A DNA stretch of 64,000 bases from Octopus vulgaris (taxonomy: Eukaryota): the NCBI GenBank assembly GCA_951406725.2, contig OX597826.1:79980001-80044000 (forward strand), written 5' to 3'. Position 1 is the first letter of the stretch. Each line of letters begins with the position of its first letter. A program made the translations under genes and the position numbers. Under the pieces are notes generated by a model. The model did no database searches. It saw only the letters and a program-made list of their open reading frames with translations, and was not told where the DNA came from. Of this stretch, positions 53,688 through 64,000 are shown one piece after another.

Positions 53688-55020
53688 AAGAATACAAAAA
53701 AGAGAACAACAAAACATCCAGACAGACGATACAAAAAATGGAAAGAAAATACAAAGACGGGTCATTCGGAGTTTTCTTTCCTCAGTCGAGTTCCAGATTA
53801 TCTTTACAATTTCGGCTGGTTATACTCGAGATTGCTCCAATCTGGCAAGCCCCAATGAAAAACTAAGCTAAGAGCACTAGATTCCTTGGAAGAAAGCAGC
53901 GAATGTATGCGAAAACAAAGACGGGAAAAAAAAATTAGAAATGGTAGACAAATACAAATGCAAATAACAGGATATTAACAACAGGTGTCTTTCGACTAAG
54001 GACGAATGAAATTAAGCTGGCATGTGTTGAAGTGAAGCCTTATGCTAGGGACATAAGAGATGGCAGGCATTGGGAGGAATATAGATGTTGCACGGATGGT
54101 AGTCGAACCAAGAAAGAAAGGTCAGGCTTGGCCGAACACCTGTCACGTGGAAAGAGAGGAGAGAGGTAGAAGCAGAGGGATAGAAGAATTAAGGAGGAAC
54201 GAGAAAAAAGAAAAGGGACAGAGTAAAGTGAAAGAAAAGAGAAGGGGAGAATGTAGAGAAAGCCAGGAAATGTGAGATAGGAGAAACGAAACAAAGAAGA
54301 ATCTAAAGAACGAAGTAAGTGCGAATGGGCTGATAGAAAGAAAGAATGAAAAAATAAGAGTCGTACAAAATTTATATATATATAATACAAAATGGGACAA
54401 AAACGCAAATCATCCGGATAGCTAGGTGATACAAAAATGGACAACAAAACATCCAGACAGACGATACAAAGAAAACAAGGACGAGTCATTCGAAGTTTTC
54501 TTTCCTCAGTCAAGCACCAGATTATTCTAGCAATTTCGGCTGATTATTCTTAAGATTGCTCCAATCTGGCCAGCCCCAAGGAAAAACTAAGTACTTACAT
54601 ATAAGAGACCAAAGTCTACGTACGCTGCCATATGTATATAAAAAGGAAGACAAAAAAGGGGACAGCAAAACATTCAGACAGATGATACAAAAAGGTACAT
54701 GGAAAACCAGGACGGGTCATTCGGAGTTTTCTTTCCTCAATCGAGTTCCAGATTATCTTTGCAATTTCGCCTGGTTATACTAGACGTTGCTCCAATCTAG
54801 CCAGCCCCAAGGAAAAAATAAGCTAAGAGCATTAGATTCCTTAGAAGAAAACAGTGAATGTATACGAAAACGAGGACAGAAAAAAAACGGGAGAAATAGT
54901 ATACAAACACAAATGCAAGTAACAGGATATTAACAACAAGTGTCTTTCGACTAAGGACGAATTAAATTAAGTTGTCGTGTGTGGAAGTGTAGCCTTACGG
55001 CACGGACATAAGTGATGACA
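53688..55020 (-). mobile_element. Three tandem partial copies of an unclassified non-coding element, each abutting a short (TA)n
   Basis: aaaacatccagacagacgatacaaa...gggtcattcggagttttctttcctcagtcgag...gctccaatctggccagcccc recurs at ~53710, ~54445 and ~54667. Confidence 0.8.
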
Positions 55021-55388
55021 GGCTGCGTGGTTAGGGCAGCGGACTCGCGGTCATAGGATCGCGGTTTCGATTCCCAGACCGGGCGTTGTGAGTGTTTATT
55101 GAGCGAAAACTCCTAAAAGCTCCATGAGGCTCCGGCAGGGATGGTGGTGATCCCTGCTGTACTCTTTCACCACAACTTTCTCTCACTCTTACTTCCTGTT
55201 TCTGTTCTACCTGTATTTCAAAGGGCCGACCTTGTCACTCTCTGTGTCACGCTGAATATCCCCGAGAACTACGTTAAGGGTACACGTGTCTGTGGAGTGC
55301 TCAGCCACTTACACGTTAATTTCACGAGCAGGCTGTTCCGTTGATCGGATCAACCGGAACCCTCGTCGTCGTAACCGACGGAGTGCTT
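55021..55388 (+). mobile_element. tRNA-derived SINE, family C
   Basis: ggctgcgtggttagggcagcggac (A-box), ggtttcgattccc (B-box), GC-rich body ending cgtaaccgacggagtgc before (TA)n. Confidence 0.8.
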
Positions 55389-55394
55389 CCTCCT

Positions 55395-55449
<55 letters not shown>

Positions 55450-58400
55450 ATATATATATTTTTATATATATGTACATACCTTGTATGTATTTATGTGCAT
55501 TAAATAAACAAATACATATACACACGCTCATATGTGTATATACATACATAAACATATGTATGTGTATGCGTATAAAGTTCACCATTTTTATATTTGATAT
55601 CAAGAAATTAGCATAATAAATGCAAAACCTGTACACCTGTTCGTGCGAATGCGTGTGTGCTGCGACATGAGTATTCAGATTCCAATCTGTGCTATGTAAA
55701 ACAGCCTTTTCCTGTTGAATAAGAATTTCTTAGTTTTCAATTCGTGATATTTTATAAAATTTCTATAGAAATATCTTTTAAGATTGAATATCGTTACATA
55801 TCTGTTATTACAGTATATTCGGTAACCATATTAGCATAAATTTTTATTTGTACATTTTTTTTAGTTTTAGTAAACTATTTATATTTTCTGGCTTTATGAC
55901 TCTCACCTGTTCTAACTTTCAATTTCGTATAGCCTTTCATAGCTTTCATTATTGCATTATACTCGTAATGCGCGTGTTTTTTAAATTGTAATTTTTAGTT
56001 ATTCATATACAACACTTTTTTATGGCTTATTATTAAAGTACGTAAAATTTACACCTGTATCTGTGTCACCTGTTTGAGCCATATTATTTTTTCCCAATAT
56101 TTTCCCAATAGGGAGTTTTTTGCTTGTCAAAGATATAATCAAAAAATTTAGGTAATAACGAAAATGATAATCTTTCGAAAAATTGACATGAAAGAGTTTA
56201 ATAATATTCTAAATAATATTCGCAGGATAGAAAAAAGCATTGCGTGGGACTGAAGGAATTTTGTATTCCAATGTTTTAAAATGTAATGATTTGAATGTTT
56301 AACTTGGACAGAAAAACTTCATTTCCGATTGCCTGTCAAACGAAGTGTCATTGATAAATACTGTTTTATAAATTTCCGATGGGAAAACTTCTTTCTTTTA
56401 AATTTTTTATTTCATTGCTTGCATAAGATTTAGCGAGAGAGGCTTCCGTTCAAATTTATAATTTATATCGTGTTTGCAAGTTTATAATTATATATTGTTT
56501 CGAATTTGTTCATAATGTATTTTAGTGCAAAGTTGCCTTCATTGTTATTGCTGAACTTATTGGTATTGTGCTATCTAAATTTGATAAGATTTGAAGTTCG
56601 CCTGATATAGGATATAAAAAAATGGACCATTTCCAACATTTCCTGGTTTAGTATATTGGCATTCGATCTTGACGTTGGCATTTACGTTTATGGCCCGAAG
56701 AAAGGTTATCATGGTTAAAACAATTACAACTAATAGATTTACACCAGAGTATTGGCGATTTAATTTTAAGCTGGCTGAAGTTAGCTGAACACAAGGCAAA
56801 AGTTTCTATACAGCAATATAAAAATTCGATATAATTTTTGTAAGTTTTTTTCATAATTCTTATTCCATTATGGAAAATGTTTCTTTTCGCAATTAAAAAC
56901 AATATTTTCGTGACTGATGTTACTGCATCTAAGTTGAGAAGGTGGCACCTTTTTCTTTTTTTTGTCTGTTTTATTTTCTTGTCCTGACTCTGTTGGTATT
57001 TTTCTACGAATGTTGTGTTGTCGTTGAATCCGCTGCATAAATGAACCTCATCATTGAATATCGAGGAGTCACTAATTGTTTGCTGGTTAGCAGAGTATTC
57101 ACTATTGTTGTTTTATTATATTTTTAGTGCAGTTAAAGAGTTTGTGAATGTAGGTTAGCGTGATTTAGTGTGAGATAGAGAGAATATAGGGAATAATTGA
57201 TGCTCATTATGACACCTCCGCGTATATTCAAGAGTAATTTGTAGATCTTTATAACTAAACCAAGCATATAATGACGATAGAGATTCTTCTAGACTTCTAA
57301 TTATCTTTATTATGAAAGGGGTCAGTCATCTCTATAAAGCTTTACATTCACTTTGGGGTAACTTGGATATTAATTTTGATAAAGATGTAATCCAATGATA
57401 ACATTGATCCGAACTCGATGCTCAAACTGAACACTAACTAGAAATATTTTTTAACCACCGAAATATCGTCGTACATGGCTATTATCTGGGAAGCGTGCAT
57501 GAAGATTTGAATTTCCGAGTCTTTGTTATTAATTACTTGTTTGACAAAATTATGAGAGCTTAGCATCAATGGTCTTGAGACGAATGAATAATAACCATTT
57601 GTCATTACGCTGCAAGAATATCCAAGTGCTACTTCACGATGTCTAGAAGAGAGCAACGTAATGAGATCTTGAATAATATTATACAATAGAAGCGGGGCAA
57701 AGTCTTTTTAAGACTCCATATATCATGTAGAATATGTTTTCTGAGAACATATTCGGTTTATTAGTGTTTATCAACCAAATTGTTGGCTTTGTTTAAAAAT
57801 ATTTGTAAGATACTGAAAGGGTAAATTACAATAGCTTAGGTGCAGCAATCAGTTCCGTTCGCTCATCAATATCTATGTCAGTAGTAATTATTTAGTGGTG
57901 GGTGTGAACTTTCTTCAAGAATTACCTGATAGCAATTTGCATATATGCGTTATCAAATGTGACAAAGTCTATTACGTATTGGCTTAACAATTTCAGACAC
58001 GTTTTATTAGGTGAAACGAATATTTTTCTATTGATTATTTTTTCCGTTCTAGCCATTAGATTATCGTGTAATACATTGTTTCGCATTCTAGATTTTCACA
58101 CTTTTAATAAAAAGCAACTGGTCCTTTTCAAATGTTTGCAGAACCTTGTTTTGAGGTGGGCATTTATTTCACTTAAATCCATATCAGCTGTTCTATTGAG
58201 GGTTAGATATCGGTAGTGACAAAAGACTCGCTACATTTATATTATCCAGATAACAAACTTACTGACAGTCCTGCAAGTATTTTTCAAAGAAATGCAATGT
58301 ACTTTAATAAAAAGGTCTACTTGTTTTTTCTGCATTTTGTTGGGTGTAAGTAATAAAGGACACGGCAGAAGGGACCATAATATACCAGCGCTTTACAAAT

Positions 58401-58769
58401 TAAGTCTCGTGAGATATTTGTACGTAAATTAATTACTGAGACACGCTTGTTGCCCCCCCACCCACCCCCAGTTTTCATTTTGATACCGTTCTTGTTGTGC
58501 TATCCACTTCTGCTCAGTTTTGAGCATATTTTTTAGTGTCCTTGTATTTTATTTGTTCTCCTCACTGTGACTTAATTGTGTGTATATGTATGTGTGTTCA
58601 TGTGTGTGTGTGTCCATAGTGTGTGCATGTGTGTGTGCGTGTGTGTATTTGTGTGTTACTTTATATCAAGTCGCCGCTATGTCAATTCCTTAGTAAACGT
58701 TTCTGATTTTTATTTTGCGCCCGAGTGGTAATGATCGTGTTAAATGTGTCGAAAAATCAAAAGTGCTTA

Positions 58770-58930
58770 AGTCCCGACAACCTAGCGGTTCGACTGAGGG
58801 TAATACAATAAATACCAGGATTTAAAAAGTAAGCACGGGGGTCGATTCTTTCGACTAAAATTCTTCAAGGCGGTGCACCAGCATGGCCCCAGACAAAGGC
58901 TTCAGCAAGTAAAACAAGCGAAAGTTAAAA
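58770..58930 (+). mobile_element. Family B SINE tail remnant
   Basis: ggggtcgattctttcgactaaaattcttcaaggcggtgcaccagcatggcc. Confidence 0.65.
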
Positions 58931-58964
58931 GATCTAAAGATCTATATATTTTTCAGTCTTAACT

Positions 58965-59013
<49 letters not shown>

Positions 59014-59450
59014 GGTCACGGATATAATTCGTCTGATGTTAATGGAATCAGATAGGTATGATCAGATTTTTTCAGTGCTGCCAAATTTAAAATATATGGA
59101 AATACTGTGCTGATGAGAAAAGTGATCAGAATGGAAGTGCAATTCTTGCATTTTTCATATCTATCTAATTTCGAAACGCGTACACAGTTAATCTAATGTC
59201 GGGTGAATTTCATTGTTTTCTTTCTCTGTCTACGTGATACGTTTTTGAGCATATATTGTCTTGGAGTTGCTTCTTATAGTAGAAGAAATAGCTAGTTTCT
59301 TTTTATTTTGGCTGCTATTTCTAAAGTTCGGTGTGTGGTGATGCAAATTCTTTTACCTAACCCATATTATAATATATATATATATATATATATACATACA
59401 TACATACATACATACAAGAGTTACAGAATGGAGTAGATAAGATCTGGGCG

Positions 59451-59539
59451 GGCTACATATGTTTCATAGTGAGCGGAACCTCCGAAAAGGTAATTATTCA
59501 GGTGAGGTGCCTGAATAACTGCAGGCTACTCTTCAGGCC
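59451..59539 (-). ncRNA. Candidate hammerhead ribozyme with branched helix II
   Basis: Minus strand: GGC-CUGAAGA-GUAG...(UUAUUCAGG/CCUGAAUAA hairpin)...CUAU-GAAA-CAUAUG-UA-GCC; insert lies between microsatellites. Confidence 0.7.
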
Positions 59540-59554
59540 GACGATATCTCGATT

Positions 59555-59875
<321 letters not shown>

Positions 59876-60800
59876 AGATTTATTTATGTAGTTCTGTGCC
59901 GGAGAAGAACAGAATGACTACGGCTGGAATAAAGTTTAGAATAAGGCCTGTTAGTACAAGACTAATCCAGAATTAAACACTGTCATGCGCCGAACAAAAA
60001 TAATAGTACACGAAATACATGGAACTCGTTAATTCACCGCGCATACATCACGTTCCGGCTAAGATCACATACGAGGTCAAAAGGAACCCATCAGGTAAAA
60101 TACATCTACTATAATGTAGTAAATGTTTTCCCTTTTTTAACCATATTTCATTTATAAGAAAAAAAGTGAAATAAAAGAATAAAAATAAGTTTGAATATTC
60201 TTTAAAAAGAGAAACGAAAAACAGCAAAACTTAGAAGGTATAAAAGTATTCCAATATTTATTAAAACAAATAAATTTCTTGAATTATAAGCGATTATTTA
60301 ATTATATTCGTAGTAGTTGCTTTACGCATACGTCTGATTCGTGTCGTATTTTCTGTTTGTCGAAGTCAATAATTGCATTAAATTTTATAACCTGATGAGC
60401 GGTCTGTCCCCGCGTTATTCATTATGACATTTCAAAAACAAATAAATTAAATAATTCATTTGATTCGATTTAATAATTCAGGTTCATATTGAATTAAATC
60501 CTTTAATCTTTCCTTCTGGATTTTCGTTTCTGTTATCCTGAAATTCTCCCAGTTTCACCCCGGCACCTTCTCACTCGTTCGCATCTCCCCGTCCCCTTCC
60601 TCTTCTGCGTCACCTCATTTATTATTTCTCGTTCACTGTCTTTCTCACTTTCTATCTGTCAGCTTTCTCACCCTGTTGTCATCTGCACACTTACACACTT
60701 ACACACACACAGACTTGTACACACACGTACTCGATCGCGTGAGCATGTGTATATATCGATTCCAACTAAATTCCAAATATACACACACACACATACACAC

Positions 60801-60839
<39 letters not shown>

Positions 60840-60842
<3 letters not shown>

Positions 60843-61020
60843 AATTTACAAAAAATAAAACAAAAGAAAAGACGAACACGGGTGTGTAAACAACAAACAG
60901 ATGTATTAGTTTAACGCTCGGGAAGTGAGAAAGTCTTTTACGTTTCGAGCCTACGCTCTTCGATAGAAAGGAAGACAGAAGAAATAAACAGGGAGAGAAA
61001 ATAAAAAGGTTTAGTGGCTG
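60840..61020 (-). mobile_element. Short element abutting (TA)n with a variant hammerhead (60935-60970)
   Basis: Minus strand: CUUU-CUAUCGA-AGAGC guag GCUC-GAAA-CG-UA-AAAG. Confidence 0.6.
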
Positions 61021-61053
61021 TGCGCGTGTGTGTATGTATATATGTATATATAT

Positions 61054-61403
<350 letters not shown>

Positions 61404-61444
61404 CTATATATTCAACCACGTGCTTTCACACACCAACTTTCTCA

Positions 61445-61479
<35 letters not shown>

Positions 61480-63079
61480 GCATACATGTATATATGAATA
61501 GATAGATAGATTGATACACATATGCACACAAACGCGCGAACACATACACACACATATATATTTTGGGACGCTTAAGTTTCAAATGAGAAAATTTATATGA
61601 AAAAAATGCAAAGAAGTAAGCTTTGATATGTTTATCATGTGTAAAGGGAAAGAGGTATTTCTTGTTATCAGAATATGCAACCGGTTTCAATCGTTTCGAA
61701 AGACGATTTAAGAGAAATATCGGAAAGTGAACTGCAATAAATACAATTAAGTAAATTTTCTATGGTATCACTTGTAGAAGATTTAACGATTTTCTTGTAA
61801 AAATCACGTGGTGCTCGTGTTACGTCTATTTCGGAATGTTATTAGGTGACAGCAATACTTCTAAATAGGCGTGTGGCATAGAAAAGGGGACAACTACCGC
61901 CAACCCTAGGGCTACTTTTACTGGACTTGCCACAAATATTACTATTATTGGTTTTGTTGTCAAAACAAGATTACTACATCGGTTGCAATATTTTATGGCA
62001 TTTTATTTTATCGATCCAGAAAATTGATTTTGGTGATATTCGCAATCAGTACATAAAGAACCAGATAACGCTGCTAAGCAGTTTTAAAAATTCACACAGA
62101 ATAAGTTAATGAATATATCGTTACAAAAATGTAATTAAATAATATAAAAAAGTGAAGCACAAAACAAAGAATGTAAGCCACTTCAATGATAAACGAGCAG
62201 CGGGTTTGATTGAAAGTACTTTCGAATTGATCTCATGTCTGTCCGCCTCCTGATCCTCATATCAAAACCTGGTGCAACCAAATGAGCCAGTCAGGATATT
62301 GTTTTACATCGACATGGTAAAAAGCACCAACCTCCATCCGAAAATGTTTGTTTATAGCATGAAAGGAACTCGATACAATTTTCAACAACAGCCGATCTAC
62401 TGAATATTCTATCCCGTCGCATGTTTACAGAGCCGTAAGCTTCATGGAATGTAGAGACAGAGAAGTCTTCTTATTTATTTTATTTGGATTCATTGCTTTA
62501 TTCTGAATTTTCTCCTGTTCCAACCTGTTCAGGTTCCATTTACCTCTTATTCCCTCGATTTCATAAGTGGCGCTCGTATAGAAGATGCATAAAGTTTCTT
62601 CGCTATTGACTTCCTGATCCGTTTTCTCATAGTTGACATCTAGAGAAGGTTTCGAGGATTCACAGATCTATAAAAGGTAGTATTTTGAAATAAGCAGCCT
62701 CTGGGTCTGGTGTCTATCAGCCTCTCTACGGTGTTCTCCTTCTCTCCTTTGCGTTTCCAGCCTCTGAGACCTGAAAGCCCCCAGGAGACTTTTACAATTA
62801 GATGTGTAAAAAATAAGCTTTGTGTTCTCCATAATACCAGCCATTTCTTCTTCCAGTTCTTTTCCAAAGTGGAGTCTAGATGCAAAAAAAACGGTTCTGT
62901 GGTTTACAGAAACCATTGCACATCTCCACTTAGATTCCACTCGAGCACATGCCATTTATGGTCAGCCTCATCGGCTTTAACAACCTGAATGAGCTGTAAA
63001 TTAAATGGTATCATTAACCAAATGTCTCCGTACAAACAAATGTAGCTGGTGCGGAATCTTGTGTTACTTTGGCCTCTTT

Positions 63080-63300
63080 ACGTTTTTACTCTTTTACTTG
63101 TTTCAGTCATTTGACTGTGGCCATGCTGGAGCACCGCCTTTTTAGTCGAGCAAATCGACCGCAGTACTTATTCTTTGTAAGCCTAGTACTTATTTTATCG
63201 GTCTCTTTTGCTGAACCGCTAAGTTACGGGGACGTAAACACACCAGCATCAGTTATCAAGCGCTGTTGGGGAGACAAATACAGACACGCAAACATATACG

Positions 63301-63368
<68 letters not shown>

Positions 63369-63488
63369 CACGACAGGCTTCCTTAAGTTTCCGTCTACCA
63401 AATCCACTCACAAGGCTTTGTTCGGCCCGAGGCTATAGTAGAAGACACTTACCCATGGTGCCACTTACCACACAACCACTCCTACGCC
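63080..63488 (-). mobile_element. Family B SINE with a deletion in the tRNA head
   Basis: Reverse complement of the 28055-28535 type, including the internal (TA)n. Confidence 0.88.
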
Positions 63489-64000
63489 TATATATTATGG
63501 CAGTAGATGTGGTCATATATGTGACAAAAAAAATTTGGTTTCGATCCCAAATACCAGTTGCACAACCATATACCTTATCCATTTCATGGAAAATACATCG
63601 CCATTCAAATGAAGCTGGAACTTAACGTGACCGCTCCTTCAGATACTCGGCAACCCTCCACTTTTCGAGAAGACATATATTAATTATTGTTTTGCTCTTT
63701 CTTTGATCAAATTAAGATATAAATATTCCATATCGTTTTTTTTTCTTATGAAAGCCGCTCCATTATTGTCAGCCGTCACAATCAGGTGAACAAGTCTTAG
63801 TAACTAAGCTTTCATTAAATCGTTTAAGAGTATATCTATTCGCGAGCAGAAAAAACGACTTCTTCTTGATTTACACTGAAGCCAACAGAATGTCGAAGAT
63901 GGGAAAATTCGAAGGAGAGGAGAATGAAGGAACACCTTGCTATTCATTACCGCTGAATATACGGAAGCAATGTGAATGAAGAGCCTTGCTCAAGCCCAAA

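Noticed and set aside
53980-54145. Type III hammerhead from acaggtgt/acacctgt pairing
   Set aside because: No CUGANGA in register and no A-U closing pair at the would-be cleavage site.
57438-57686. ORF containing MYDDI as an RT motif
   Set aside because: No other RT motifs nearby.

Overview
AT-rich, microsatellite-saturated animal genomic DNA with no confidently identifiable host gene. The SINE families and repeat landscape suggest a coleoid cephalopod, probably Octopus; this is an inference from recall, not a database result. The window holds three Tc1/mariner relics (one a fold-back of two 3' ends), a 5'-truncated CR1/L2-type LINE with a near-intact RT ORF (42328-44143), a second LINE RT fragment, a probable LINE ORF1 remnant, many tRNA-derived SINEs of about four families, a ~555-bp (AAT)n-associated element, a nested 1-kb inverted duplication and a 19-bp minisatellite. 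The main signal not explained by ORFs is about 11 minimal type I hammerhead-ribozyme motifs (helix I, CUGANGA, helix II, GAAA, short palindrome, UH, helix I). They sit in mostly unrelated short elements, many embedded in or abutting (TA)n tracts, and one lies behind a tRNA-like Pol III head. Several perfect fold-back hairpins occur in similar contexts. Together these suggest a diverse, (TA)n-associated Penelope-like/retrozyme system. Most predicted ORFs are microsatellite translation artefacts.
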